The notes: generated from the sequence alone by a model not told the origin. A DNA stretch of 64,000 bases from Candidatus Dadabacteria bacterium (GCA_040289575.1 PSLL01000005.1:21719-85718); one strand, 5' to 3'; numbered from the stretch's first letter, positions 40,987-51,303 are shown. Made by a program: numbers and translations.

Positions 40987-41799
40987 TTGATTCTAAAGGT
41001 CCAGATAGTTATTACGGGTATTCTTATATTTTCGATTATCTGTGTCGCAGCGGCTGCGCCATACATATCTCCCTATAGGTTTGATGAAACGGATTTTGGA
41101 AATACACTGAGCTCTCCAACCAGAAAACACCCAATGGGAACGGATGAGGAAGGCAGAGACATTCTCAGCAGGGTTATATACGGGGCGAGGGTTTCAATAG
41201 CGGTTGCTCTGGGAACCACGCTTATGGCGTTTTTCATCGGAACCGCTTACGGAGCTGCTTCGGGATACTTTGGAGGGAAAACGGACGAGTTAATGATGAG
41301 AGTGGTTGACATCTTTTATTCTCTCCCGGATCTGCTCCTCATTGCTCTTATAACCCTGATTGTCGGAAAGGGGATCGAGGGCATAGTTATTTCTCTTGGA
41401 CTTACCGCATGGATGCGTGTTGCAAGGGTTGTAAGGGGAAGCGTGATGCAGGTAAAAAACCTGGCTTTTATTGAATCGGCAAAAGGTCTGGGAGCTTCGC
41501 ATCTTAGAATTTTTACATTCCACCTTTTTCCAAACATTCTAAGCCCCCTTATAGTGACCATTACCTTTTCGGTTCCTTACGCCATATTGGCTGAATCCAC
41601 ACTGAGTTTCCTTGGGCTTGGAATATCGCCGCCTCAAGCAAGTTGGGGAACACTTGCAAGCACGGGCTGGCAGGGGATGAGGACGTTTCCTCATCTTATA
41701 GCCTTTCCCAGCATCGCCATATTTGTCACAGCTATTTCATTTAATCTCTTCGGAGAAGGACTTAGGGATATTCTCGATCCGAAAAGAGGAGTAAGGTAA
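40987..41799 (+). CDS. ABC transporter permease of the OppC/DppC family, an orphan
   Basis: Six-TM permease with the EAA-like loop and an OppC-type N-terminal region. No cognate OppA/B/D/F genes are in the window. Confidence 0.75.
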   Translation: MILKVQIVITGILIFSIICVAAAAPYISPYRFDETDFGNTLSSPTRKHPMGTDEEGRDILSRVIYGARVSIAVALGTTLMAFFIGTAYGAASGYFGGKTDELMMRVVDIFYSLPDLLLIALITLIVGKGIEGIVISLGLTAWMRVARVVRGSVMQVKNLAFIESAKGLGASHLRIFTFHLFPNILSPLIVTITFSVPYAILAESTLSFLGLGISPPQASWGTLASTGWQGMRTFPHLIAFPSIAIFVTAISFNLFGEGLRDILDPKRGVR

Positions 41800-41832
41800 A
41801 AGGTATTATAAATTAAAAAATAATGTGAGAAT

Positions 41833-43869
41833 ATGAACTTGAGAAACTTATCTATCATTCTCGGAATTTTGGTCTCTATTTTTGTTTTTAACCCCTTGGC
41901 TCTATCTCAGATAGATTGCCAGAGTCTGATCAATGGGTCTGTTGAGAAAGGCTCCAGTGCAATGACGATATCTGAGGGGGCACAGTCAGTCACTCAAGAA
42001 ATTCCCAAGGAGAGGTATAGAAAGGGATATTGTTACATAAATCTCGGAGAATTTAGTGAAGGGTTTGCCCTACTAAACGGACTCGAAAATGAGCTCAATC
42101 TGATACCGGACTACGTCCTTTACTATCGCGCGGTTGCGGAAAGGGGTTTAGGAAACACAACGGGTGCCGCGCGGGATTTCTATAAGATTTTAGCCGATTA
42201 TCCAGAGAGTACGCTGAGGAAAAAGGCGCTTCTCAGCCTTGGCGGCGTCTACTATGATTCTGGGGATTATGAAAGGGCAGAAAAGACCTTCAGGATAGTT
42301 TATGGTCAGGAGGATCAATCCTCGACTCGCGCACTTGCCCTGTATAAGATCGCAGGTTCTCTGGAAGGAGAAAAGAAATACACTGAAGCCATAAGTGCAT
42401 ATAAAGAACTCTGGCTGGAGTTTCCTGAGTCTGAACTTTCAGATTCTTCTTTTATAAGGTGTCTTGAGATCAGTCAAAGGGAGGCCATTCCATTTGAAGT
42501 CAATGACTTCGACTATATAAAAAGAGCCGAGAGGCTTTTTAAACTCTCGAGATGGAGAGCCGCCCTTGAGAATTTTGATAAAGTCTCGGAAAAGACCAAT
42601 GATATTAAGCTCAAGATGGCCATATCGAAGTATCGTCTGGGTTTGCTGGATGAGGCCTCAAATATTTTGGCACAAATTAACGGCCCAGAGTCGCTTTACT
42701 GGATGTCGAAAATCAGCGTTAAGTTTGGGCGCGATGAAGAGGCTGCAGAGACTCTATCTCAAATTTCTCTATTCCATCCTCAAAGCCAGATAGCTCCTCA
42801 GGCACTCTACGAGGCCGCGAGGCTCTATCAGTCTGACTTGAATTTTGGTAAAGCCTTGGAGACCTACGATTTACTCATCAGGAATTACCCAGAAAGCGAA
42901 TTTGCTAAAGATGCCATCTGGAACATTGGGTGGATTCACTATAGAAATAAGGAATATACAGAGGCGCAAGTAACATTCTCTTCCATTAATACCCTCCAAG
43001 CCCTATACTGGAAGGCTAGAGTATTCGAAAAAGAAGGAAGGGGGCAGGAGGCGCTGTCTATTTATGAAAATCTAGCCCATTCATCTTCTCCGTCTTACTA
43101 CTCTTATCTGGCCAGAAAGAAAATCGGCTCTGTTGATAATCTGAGTGTGCCTATCGAGCTTTCCGTTGCTAAAGACGATTTTATCAAAGGGAATTCGGCA
43201 AAGGATAGGGCTCGGTTCTTGATTGAACTCGGCATGTTTGACGATGCTATATGGGAGATAAAGGAGATGGAGAAGAAGGCAAAAACCCAGGAAGACCTGC
43301 TCCTTATAAGCAGACTCTACAGTAAGGCGGACGATTTTTATGACTCGATAAAGATAGCGGATAAACTCGGCTTCTCTCAGGCTACCAAACTCTCTTATCC
43401 TGTGTATCTTGATGGAATTGTGAAGAATTTTTCGGCAAAATACGGTGTAGATGAGTTTTTAATCTACTCTATAATCCGCGAAGAGAGCAGATTTCAGAAA
43501 GATGCGGTTTCTGTTTCTGGGGCTATTGGTCTTATGCAGCTTATTCCGACCACCGGGAAGAGCACGGCGCAAAAGGTGGGAATAAACGGGTATAGAACCG
43601 ATATGCTTTATATTCCGGATGTCAATATTCAACTGGGAACTGCTTACTTTAAAGGGGTATTAGATGAGTTTGATGGGAATATTGTATTTGCCCTTGCAAG
43701 CTATAACGGCGGCCCAAACAATGTAGCAAGATGGATCGTAAAACTAGGGAATTTGGATCCGGATGAATTTGTCGAAGAAATCCCCTATGCCGAAACGAGA
43801 AATTACGTGAAAAAGGTTTTAAGAAGCTATGGTGCCTATAGGAGTATATACAATAGCCGGGCGGATTAG
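41833..43869 (+). CDS. Soluble lytic murein transglycosylase (Slt70-like): signal peptide, TPR superhelix and SLT domain
   Basis: C-terminal SLT motifs ES.F (IIREESRFQ), GLMQL and AYNGG (ASYNGGPNNV). TPR-like repeats occupy the N-terminal 450 aa. Confidence 0.85.
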   Translation: MNLRNLSIILGILVSIFVFNPLALSQIDCQSLINGSVEKGSSAMTISEGAQSVTQEIPKERYRKGYCYINLGEFSEGFALLNGLENELNLIPDYVLYYRAVAERGLGNTTGAARDFYKILADYPESTLRKKALLSLGGVYYDSGDYERAEKTFRIVYGQEDQSSTRALALYKIAGSLEGEKKYTEAISAYKELWLEFPESELSDSSFIRCLEISQREAIPFEVNDFDYIKRAERLFKLSRWRAALENFDKVSEKTNDIKLKMAISKYRLGLLDEASNILAQINGPESLYWMSKISVKFGRDEEAAETLSQISLFHPQSQIAPQALYEAARLYQSDLNFGKALETYDLLIRNYPESEFAKDAIWNIGWIHYRNKEYTEAQVTFSSINTLQALYWKARVFEKEGRGQEALSIYENLAHSSSPSYYSYLARKKIGSVDNLSVPIELSVAKDDFIKGNSAKDRARFLIELGMFDDAIWEIKEMEKKAKTQEDLLLISRLYSKADDFYDSIKIADKLGFSQATKLSYPVYLDGIVKNFSAKYGVDEFLIYSIIREESRFQKDAVSVSGAIGLMQLIPTTGKSTAQKVGINGYRTDMLYIPDVNIQLGTAYFKGVLDEFDGNIVFALASYNGGPNNVARWIVKLGNLDPDEFVEEIPYAETRNYVKKVLRSYGAYRSIYNSRAD

Positions 43870-44005
43870 TAGGGGGGCCTATAAGTTAGTACAAAAACAA
43901 TTTCTATGTGGGTATTAATTGAACTCCATTACCTAATAATAATGCCTTTACCAAGACTTAACCAATTTAGGTTGTTCATCTAAGGATAAGGAGGTAAATT
44001 TATTA

Positions 44006-44314
44006 TTGGAGATGAGAACCATTCTACTTGTGTTTTTATTGCTTATGATCGCGGTCCCTTCTTCACTTTCTGATGAAGACATTCGAGGCAAAATAAGAGC
44101 ACTTGAGACTGAACTCTCTCGTATTCAAAGAGAATCCACTAACATTCCGACTGAGGAGATTAACAAAGCTTCGCAATGGATTGATGATGCGAAGCTCTCT
44201 TTTAGTTCTGGAAACTCGGAACGCGTGAATCTCATCTTACAGAAGGCCTATTATCAGATTGAATTTTTAAATGCCATTGATAAGGAATTGAAGAGAAAGA
44301 AGTTGATGAAATGA
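44006..44314 (+). CDS. Secreted coiled-coil hypothetical protein
   Basis: Signal peptide, 102 aa. Confidence 0.4.
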   Translation: MEMRTILLVFLLLMIAVPSSLSDEDIRGKIRALETELSRIQRESTNIPTEEINKASQWIDDAKLSFSSGNSERVNLILQKAYYQIEFLNAIDKELKRKKLMK

Positions 44315-44463
44315 GGGAATTCCTTCAAAAAATAAGGAATCAAATAGAAGAAATAAGGGCTACGAATACACAGGTTATTGAAGAGATTAATAAACTGGAA
44401 CAGAAGTGAATTAACTCTTCACTTTGTTGTAATGGCGTATAATTCTAGTCAGACGGATTTGAT

Positions 44464-45522
44464 ATGAGAATGAGTTTAGTGGTTGTCATCCTTATGTTTA
44501 TCTTGGCCTGTCCTTCAAGGGCGGCTTTTCCAACCGAAGAGATGGCAGAAGCATATGCTCTTTTAGAGGATGCCAGAGCGCAAGGGGGCGAAATGTATGC
44601 TCCTCGTGAGATTAAAGACGCCAAGTCTTTCTACAAACGGGCAGAAAAGGCGTTCGAAAAGGGGGATCGTGAAAGGGCTGAGGAATTTCGATTGATTTCC
44701 GAAATCAGGGCAAGAACAGCGATATCTATATCGAGAGGGAAGTTATACGAAAATGAGATTGAAATATTGGAATCTCAAATCGGTGAGTCCAATTCCATAA
44801 AGAAGGCGAATGAAGATGAGTTAAGAAAAAACACCGCGAAGCTTGAGCAGATTAAGGATAAGATTGCCATCTCTCAGGAGATAATGAACTCAAATGCGCT
44901 TGATGCGCTTGAAAGAGCGGGGGAGAAAATAAAAGCTGCTGAAGATGTATCAGCCGAGGATTTCGATCCGCAGACGCTTCAAGATGCCCGCAAATCATAT
45001 AAAGAAGCCCAGGAGAGTTTAAATCTAGGGGAATATGAAAAGGCGACTGATCTTGCGGAAAAAACAGCCGTCCTTGCCGAGAAGGCTTACGAAAGTTCAA
45101 AGGAAAAATCTGACTTAAGAAATCGGATTTTACAAAGGGTTTCTCAAATATACGGAGCCGAAGCGGAACCCGTAAAAGAAGGCATTCAAGTAACTTTTGA
45201 TGGGGTCTTCGCTCCATCGGGCGGGGTGATTCTCTTTGATGCCTATCCCTCTTTAGATGCGCTGGTAGGTGTTTTAACCGAGTATCCGAATTTTCGTGTG
45301 GTTATAGAAGCATATACAAATGATATGAATTCGGAAGAGGAGAATCTAAAATTATCACAAGCTCGGGCAGAAGCGGTAAAGGACTACTTGGTTTCTAAAG
45401 GGCTTTCTCCTAAGAGATTTAAATTAGGGGATTTGGGCGCTCTTAAATCACAGGAGCAGGATAAAGTTAAGAGTCATGGCATAGAGTTTACTTTAGAACT
45501 TTCTGAATCGAGCAATGTTTAG
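44464..45522 (+). CDS. OmpA/MotB-family peptidoglycan-binding protein with an N-terminal coiled coil
   Basis: Signal peptide. The C-terminal OmpA-like domain (...FRVVIEAYTNDMNSEEENLKLSQARAEAVKDYLVSKGLSPKRF...) matches the NxxLSxxRAxxV pattern. Confidence 0.75.
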   Translation: MRMSLVVVILMFILACPSRAAFPTEEMAEAYALLEDARAQGGEMYAPREIKDAKSFYKRAEKAFEKGDRERAEEFRLISEIRARTAISISRGKLYENEIEILESQIGESNSIKKANEDELRKNTAKLEQIKDKIAISQEIMNSNALDALERAGEKIKAAEDVSAEDFDPQTLQDARKSYKEAQESLNLGEYEKATDLAEKTAVLAEKAYESSKEKSDLRNRILQRVSQIYGAEAEPVKEGIQVTFDGVFAPSGGVILFDAYPSLDALVGVLTEYPNFRVVIEAYTNDMNSEEENLKLSQARAEAVKDYLVSKGLSPKRFKLGDLGALKSQEQDKVKSHGIEFTLELSESSNV

Positions 45523-45599
45523 TAGGAATACAATTTATTCTTCTCTATATATGGAATTTTGTGCGATAATACGGCCAGTGTATATACTGAAACAAAGCT

Positions 45600-45989
45600 C
45601 TAAGAGGAGGGTGGCGGGGTTGAGGCATCTTCAGAATAGATTTCTACATCCTTTGATGCCACCCTTTGGGGGTCTGATTTTGTGGAGATTGTGAAGAATG
45701 CCCTTTCAGATGGTTGGAGTGTTCTTTGTGGATCTTCTCCAAGGACTGGTGTGGAGGTGGCTTCTATAATCTTTCTGTTGCTGTCTTTTAGAATCATAAC
45801 AACATAAATTGATCTAACTGGTTTATCCGAGGAGTTGACCACAACGCCGTTGAACTCGAGCTTCCCAGCCTTATTTATACTCTCAAGTATGGGTCCGTCT
45901 AGGGTCACAGAACCAGTCTGGTTTGGGTCCCCGCATGTCCAAAACAGTGAAGAAACTATTAGTAGAATTAAAATAAAAAATTTTTTCAT
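45600..45989 (-). CDS. Secreted hypothetical or lipoprotein
   Basis: Signal peptide MKKFFILILLIVSSLFWTCG. Confidence 0.45.
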   Translation of the reverse strand: MKKFFILILLIVSSLFWTCGDPNQTGSVTLDGPILESINKAGKLEFNGVVVNSSDKPVRSIYVVMILKDSNRKIIEATSTPVLGEDPQRTLQPSERAFFTISTKSDPQRVASKDVEIYSEDASTPPPSS

Positions 45990-46744
45990 TTCTTTCTTTT
46001 CTCTACAAGCTCGGAGATCGAAATTACTTTCTTGCTACTATTATCTCCTGGCTTTTTGATCGGCGGTTCTCCCCCGCCTTCGTGGTCACCGATTATATCG
46101 CCAAGAACCTTGTGCATGATCTTAAGGGCACCAATAGAGTGTTCTTTTAGGTATCCCTTCTCAAATATAACCTCTTTTCTCTTCCTTAGGAGAAGGTAGA
46201 GAATAAACGCCTGGTTATTGAGAACCACCAATACGGCTGCATAAAAGAGGAAGTTGTTCAAGAGCACCTTCTCCATTATAGCGTGCGTATCTGACTCAAT
46301 CTTAATGATTCCAAACGGCTCAGACTGGCCCTGAAGGGCAAAGGGAACAGAGACCGAAGTGACCCCGTCATGATTCTCTACGGAGTATCCCTTTTTGGGG
46401 TAAAAATCGTCCTTAAAATCATCTGGTACCTTTGTTTTCTCTATGTCTCTTTTTAAAACGACGCTGAAAAATTTGGGCGCTATTTCAAATGTGTTAAAGA
46501 GCTTTTTTCTTCCGAGCCTCTCGTCAAGGAATAAAAAGAACTCGTCGCTCGTTCCGTCTTTTCTGCGTGAGAAGAAGCTTCCTGCCTGCTCTCCTATGGT
46601 TTCGGCAATGGCTTTAGTTTTATTTACTATCTCTATCTTTGCCTTATCGAATTGAAAAAGAAACACGAGTCCTACAAAAGCGAGGATGCAAAGTTCTATT
46701 CCGAGGGCTGTCCCTATAGTTGCTAATTTATTTTTTAAGCGCAT
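45986..46744 (-). CDS. Hypothetical membrane-anchored protein
   Basis: N-terminal TM helix. Overlaps the upstream XRE gene by 10 nt and the downstream lipoprotein gene by 4 nt, which suggests an operon. Confidence 0.45.
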   Translation of the reverse strand: MRLKNKLATIGTALGIELCILAFVGLVFLFQFDKAKIEIVNKTKAIAETIGEQAGSFFSRRKDGTSDEFFLFLDERLGRKKLFNTFEIAPKFFSVVLKRDIEKTKVPDDFKDDFYPKKGYSVENHDGVTSVSVPFALQGQSEPFGIIKIESDTHAIMEKVLLNNFLFYAAVLVVLNNQAFILYLLLRKRKEVIFEKGYLKEHSIGALKIMHKVLGDIIGDHEGGGEPPIKKPGDNSSKKVISISELVEKRKK

Positions 46745-47148
46745 TTCATAAACTCTTCGAGGATCTCCTGGACGCCCTCGTCCTGAAAGCGTCTAAGGAG
46801 CATGTAGACCATTCCTCCAAAATCACGTCTCGTATCCTCATCAAGGCTTCTATATAGCTTTATAAGTGTTCTCTCCGCCTCCGTAAGAACCTCGAAATCG
46901 TCCTCCGAAATTCCTTCTCTTTCCATAAACCTCGCCAGCCTTTCTTTCTTAGCAACGTTCCATAGCTCGTCAATGGGTATCTCTAAAATCTCGGCTATTT
47001 GCTGGCACCTCTCTAAAGATGGGGCGTCAACCTTTCCAGTCTCAAGCTGATGTATAAACACGCTCGATACGTTAAGGGCCCGCGCGAGGTCTTCCTGAGT
47101 TATGTTTCTCTGCCTTCTCTTGTTCTTTAAATAATCTCCAAATCTCAT
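46735..47148 (-). CDS. XRE-family helix-turn-helix transcriptional regulator
   Basis: N-terminal HTH_3 (LKNKRRQRNITQEDLARALNVSSVFIHQLETGK). Confidence 0.75.
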   Translation of the reverse strand: MRFGDYLKNKRRQRNITQEDLARALNVSSVFIHQLETGKVDAPSLERCQQIAEILEIPIDELWNVAKKERLARFMEREGISEDDFEVLTEAERTLIKLYRSLDEDTRRDFGGMVYMLLRRFQDEGVQEILEEFMKCA

Positions 47149-47249
47149 CTTTTAACCTCCAGAGAACCGAGTTTCTTTCGGATAAGGTACTACAGATATT
47201 GTGCTAATTTTATACCAACTCTACAAAATGGCAAGCGGTATTTTAACAG

Positions 47250-47290
47250 AAAAGATAAAGGGTCCTATAGGAGGCAATTGCCTCCTATAG
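47250..47290 (-). terminator. Rho-independent terminator downstream of tRNA-Phe
   Basis: A perfect 26-nt palindrome CTATAGGAGGCAATTGCCTCCTATAG followed on the minus strand by the U-rich GACCCUUUAUCUUUUCUG. Confidence 0.55.
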
Positions 47291-47405
47291 GGATTTATTA
47301 GAAAAGGTTAGGATTTAAGACACAAGGACACAGTGTTTTATTTAAGGCTGTTGTTAGACCATTTATTTTGCTATGATTAGCATGGATTAGTCGGTTAAGG
47401 GAATG

Positions 47406-47478
<73 letters not shown>

Positions 47479-47638
47479 TGGCTGGGTGTTATGATGTTAT
47501 ATAGTTATTTATTCCCCTGATGAGTGGGTATGATTTTACCTAACCCTTTGCGGCTGTGCAAGAGAGCCTTATGGTTACTTATATGGCTTCCTATTGGGGA
47601 TAAATTTGATTGTCTGTCATTTTCTTCGATAAACTCAG

Positions 47639-47661
47639 GGGGTGATTTATAAAATCACCCC
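47639..47661. terminator. Palindrome GGGGTGATTTATAAAATCACCCC, a putative bidirectional terminator
   Basis: Exact 10-bp arms around ATA, with a T-run downstream. It lies between the tRNA-Phe 5' side and the 3' end of the 47727..48074 gene. Confidence 0.4.
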
Positions 47662-47726
47662 TATAATTTTGGATCTTTAAAATTTTTAGCTGCATTTGAA
47701 GTCGACTCTATCAAACAGAGGAAATT

Positions 47727-48074
47727 TTAGACTTCCTGGTCTAGTTCTTCTAATCCCTCTTCCTCTACGTCTATTTCAAAGCCGTCTTTGCCACCCGAGT
47801 TTGCCTTTTTCTGGAGCATTACAATATTGAGTTCTTCCTTTATCATATTTTGTATGCGCTTCATACAGCTAAGGCACACAAGGGGAGAACTAAACGTGTT
47901 GCTTAGGCCAAGCTCGCCCTTAGTTAGATTTCTTTCTCCTTCCAGATAAATAACGTCAGTTTTATTTCCACAACATCCACAGACTGCGGGCTTTATAGAG
48001 AACCAAACCTCTTCTTTGCGGAGTACCTTTTTCAATTTTTTGCCCTCCTTATATTTTGCTATTATTTTTAGCAA
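47727..48074 (-). CDS. Small zinc-ribbon protein with a ClpX-ZBD-like CxxC...CxxC arrangement and an acidic tail
   Basis: CGCCGNKTDVIYLEG...LVCLSCMKRIQNMIKEEL. Divergently oriented from the pil operon. Confidence 0.45.
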   Translation of the reverse strand: MLKIIAKYKEGKKLKKVLRKEEVWFSIKPAVCGCCGNKTDVIYLEGERNLTKGELGLSNTFSSPLVCLSCMKRIQNMIKEELNIVMLQKKANSGGKDGFEIDVEEEGLEELDQEV

Positions 48075-48198
48075 TCTTTATGCCAGAAGAGAGGCATAAT
48101 AATTTCGAGTGTTTGCTATACCTTATATATTTCTATTCTACAGAAATATGACAATTTTTGTCATATTAATTAGATTTTGGTAATTTTATACCTGGGCT

Positions 48199-48227
48199 CT
48201 TGACAAGAACTTACAAGGAGAGTATTT
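48199..48227 (+). promoter_or_regulatory. Candidate sigma-70 promoter upstream of pilM
   Basis: TTGACA, a 17-nt spacer, then TATTTT, about 300 nt upstream of the pilM ATG. Sequence match only. Confidence 0.2.
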
Positions 48228-48528
48228 TTTGAGCAAAGCTCGTAATTAGCCTTCTAACCGAAAAGGCAAACCGTTATAACGGGGCGCAAAACCAACGGCC
48301 TGAGGGTTCAAAGAACTTTGAGGTGGCAGGGTTGCCGAAGTTAGAGATTAAAGGAATCAAACCCGACCGTAGGCTCTTCCATTCAATAAAACTAAGTAAT
48401 ACCAAATATATTAAGAGTATAGTTAAGGTTATTGTTGAGATAGCTTATACAAGTTCTTTAGGAGTATTTAATTTAGGATTAAAAACATTAGACAATAGCG
48501 TTAGTAGACCATAATCTGGGAGAGAGAT

Positions 48529-49578
48529 TTGTTTTTTGGAAAAAAGGATATCATTGGACTTGACATAGGGTCAAGCGCAATAAAACTTGCGCAGATAAAG
48601 GAGACCCGAAAGGGGTATCAATTAAAGAACATAGGGGAAGCCATTATTCCCCCCGAGGCTATAGTCAACAAGATTATAATCAATTCAGATGCCGTAGTAG
48701 AGGCTGTTTCCTCATTAGTGGAGAATTTAGGCATAAAGACCAAAGATGCTGCAATCTCTATCTCAGGGCATTCTGTAATTATAAAGAAGGTGAGCCTTCC
48801 ACAGATGAGCCAAAGGGAGTTACGGGAGGCCATACCCTGGGAGATTGAGCAATATATACCTCATAGTGTCAACGAAGTGAATTATGATTTTCAGATTCTC
48901 CCTGGAGAAAGCCCCGAGGGGAACATGGATGTGCTAATCGTCGCGGCTAAAAAGGATATAGCCAACGACTACATAGCTGTTGCAAATGATGCTGGACTAA
49001 ACCCTGTGGTGGTAGATGTCGATGTATTCGCCCTTGAGAATATGTATGAGGTAAACTATGGGAATTCAAATGAGATTGTAGCCCTGATTAACATTGGAGC
49101 CTCTGTGACAAACATCAATATTTTAAAAGAAGGGGTCTCGATCTTTGCAAGGGATATAACTGTAGGCGGAAAACAGTTTACCGAGTGGATACAAAAGGAG
49201 TTTGATCTGAGTTATGAAGAAGCTGAGAAAAAGAAGTGTTCTTTGGGAATAAATATGTCTGTACCTGAGCTTGATAGAATAACCCTCGATTTTACGGATT
49301 TAATTTGTGGTGAGATAAAAAGAACCTTGGATTTTTTCTCTACAACAATGGTATCTAGAGAAGCGGTTCGTAAAATCATACTCGGAGGTGGCTCTTCAAA
49401 GATTCCACACATACAAGAGATACTCCAAGATAAAAGTGGGGCTGTGGTGGAAATGGTTAATCCTTTTAGGAATGTTCTATATAGCGAGAGGGACTTTGAT
49501 CCTGAGTACATTCTTGACATAGCTCCCAAGATGGGTGTGGTTGTGGGACTTGCCCTTAGGAGAGTGAACGGCGGATGA
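48529..49578 (+). CDS. pilM: Type IV pilus assembly ATPase-like protein PilM
   Basis: Actin-like fold motifs (GLDIGSSAIKLA, ILGGGSSKIP), 349 aa, first gene of pilMNOPQ. Confidence 0.9.
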   Translation: MFFGKKDIIGLDIGSSAIKLAQIKETRKGYQLKNIGEAIIPPEAIVNKIIINSDAVVEAVSSLVENLGIKTKDAAISISGHSVIIKKVSLPQMSQRELREAIPWEIEQYIPHSVNEVNYDFQILPGESPEGNMDVLIVAAKKDIANDYIAVANDAGLNPVVVDVDVFALENMYEVNYGNSNEIVALINIGASVTNINILKEGVSIFARDITVGGKQFTEWIQKEFDLSYEEAEKKKCSLGINMSVPELDRITLDFTDLICGEIKRTLDFFSTTMVSREAVRKIILGGGSSKIPHIQEILQDKSGAVVEMVNPFRNVLYSERDFDPEYILDIAPKMGVVVGLALRRVNGG

Positions 49579-50180
49579 TAAGAATAAATCTCCTCTCCGC
49601 AAAGGAAGAGAAAAAAGGGGTAGAGGGTCTTAATAACCTTATCATAGGCGTTCTTGCGATAATTGCCGTCATTGCCGTCATTGTGGCTATAGATTTAGTT
49701 CAGTCTAAGAGGATAAGGGATACCAATAATGAGATTGCTGAGGTAAAAAAAAGGATTAATTCATTAGAAGTAATAAAGAATAAGGTCGAAGAATTTAAAT
49801 CTAAGAATAAAGAACTCGAAGAGAAAATCAAGGTTATATCTGTGCTTGAAGAAAATCGCACGGGACCCCTGTTTGTTATGGACGCTCTTGGGCAGGCCAT
49901 TCCCAATAAGGCTTGGATTGACAGATTCTCTGAAACGAACAATATGGCCCAAATTGAAGGAACGGCTTGGGATGAGCTTACGGTTTCGGATTTTATGAAA
50001 AAGCTCCAATCTTCCCCTTATTTCCAAGGCGTTGATCTTGCTGTTATTAACACAAAAGAGATACAGCAGCTTTCTCTCAAAACCTTTGTGATTCAGTCGA
50101 AGTTAAACTACTCAGGAAAGGTTAAAACAGAGGAGAAGTCCCCGGGAAAGGAAAAATTGAACGAGAAGGCCCAGAGGTAG
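49575..50180 (+). CDS. pilN: Type IV pilus assembly protein PilN
   Basis: Starts MIRINLLS, has a single TM and a coiled coil. Overlaps pilM by 4 nt. Confidence 0.8.
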   Translation: MIRINLLSAKEEKKGVEGLNNLIIGVLAIIAVIAVIVAIDLVQSKRIRDTNNEIAEVKKRINSLEVIKNKVEEFKSKNKELEEKIKVISVLEENRTGPLFVMDALGQAIPNKAWIDRFSETNNMAQIEGTAWDELTVSDFMKKLQSSPYFQGVDLAVINTKEIQQLSLKTFVIQSKLNYSGKVKTEEKSPGKEKLNEKAQR

Positions 50181-50182
50181 AG

Positions 50183-50815
50183 ATGACTATTATTGAGAAT
50201 GGGGCCGAATTCTTAGATCGACAATCGGTTTATGCCAAGCTTATTATTCTGTCGGTAATAATCCTGATTATATGTGGCGTGTATTGGTATTTCTTTTGGT
50301 TGCCAAAATCTGATGAGCTGATCAGTGCCAGAAATGAACTTCAAAAAGAACGGACCAAATTAAATGAGTATGAGAATATAGCTAAGGAACTCCCTAGGTT
50401 TGAACAGGAGTTTAATAAGCTAGATAGAGAATTTAAGGAGGCTGCTAGTAAGCTTCCGGAAGAGAAAGAGATCCCTAGTTTAATTGACAACATTTATGCT
50501 GCAGTATCGGCTTCCGGTCTAGAATCAAATACATTCGCTCCTAAGCCGGAGGTGAAAAAGGATATATATGCTGAAATCCCCATAGATATGAGGGTCTATG
50601 GTTCATACTATGACCTTGCAAATTTCTTCGATAGAGTTTCTAAACTCCCCAGAATCGTAAACATAAGGGATCTTAACCTAATCCAAGATAAAAGGAGAAG
50701 CACGGGCAATAAGATTGTTCTCGATGCCTCCTTTACCGCTGTCACTTTTAGGTTGATTCCTCATGCTCCGCCACAACCAAAAAAAATAGGAGTTCAAAAT
50801 GTGGAGCCTGAATAA
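50183..50815 (+). CDS. pilO: Type IV pilus assembly protein PilO
   Basis: Single TM followed by a coiled coil, in the PilO position. Confidence 0.75.
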   Translation: MTIIENGAEFLDRQSVYAKLIILSVIILIICGVYWYFFWLPKSDELISARNELQKERTKLNEYENIAKELPRFEQEFNKLDREFKEAASKLPEEKEIPSLIDNIYAAVSASGLESNTFAPKPEVKKDIYAEIPIDMRVYGSYYDLANFFDRVSKLPRIVNIRDLNLIQDKRRSTGNKIVLDASFTAVTFRLIPHAPPQPKKIGVQNVEPE

Positions 50816-50832
50816 AAAAGAGAAGGGTAGAC

Positions 50833-51303
50833 ATGGCTAAGGAAATTATAATTCTATTCTTAGTAATCTCCCTATGGTTTGCGGGTGTCCGGGCTGAGGA
50901 GACTCAGAAGACCGATATTAATAATATTGCCCCTCAAGGACAGTCCACATATAGCGCTGCGGGAAAGCGCGACCCATTTAAGCCTTTCATCAAAATAGTT
51001 GAAACAAAAGAAGTAGAACCCCAGTTGAGTAAATCACTCCCGCCAATTAAGAGATATTCCCTTGAGCAATTTAGGCTGGTTGGAATTGTATCCGTAGGGC
51101 ATCAGCCTAAGGCTATGATTGTTGATCCTGAGAAGAACACTTATGTTCTTGGAATAGGGGATGAGATAGGAAACAGGCAGGGGAAGATCGTTGAAATTAG
51201 AGATAACGGTATCTTAGTTGAAGAAAAGAGATACCTTGAGGATGTGTTCGGTCAAAAAAAGGTTGAGACTAAGAAATCATCTCTAGCGTTTAAGGAAGAA
51301 TAA
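50833..51303 (+). CDS. pilP: Type IV pilus assembly protein PilP
   Basis: Signal-anchored, 156 aa, in the PilP position between pilO and pilQ. Confidence 0.65.
   Translation: MAKEIIILFLVISLWFAGVRAEETQKTDINNIAPQGQSTYSAAGKRDPFKPFIKIVETKEVEPQLSKSLPPIKRYSLEQFRLVGIVSVGHQPKAMIVDPEKNTYVLGIGDEIGNRQGKIVEIRDNGILVEEKRYLEDVFGQKKVETKKSSLAFKEE

Noticed and set aside
48323-48514. 63-aa ORF in the pilM leader
   Set aside because: No ribosome-binding site and AT-rich low-complexity sequence. More likely 5' UTR or regulatory DNA of the pil operon.
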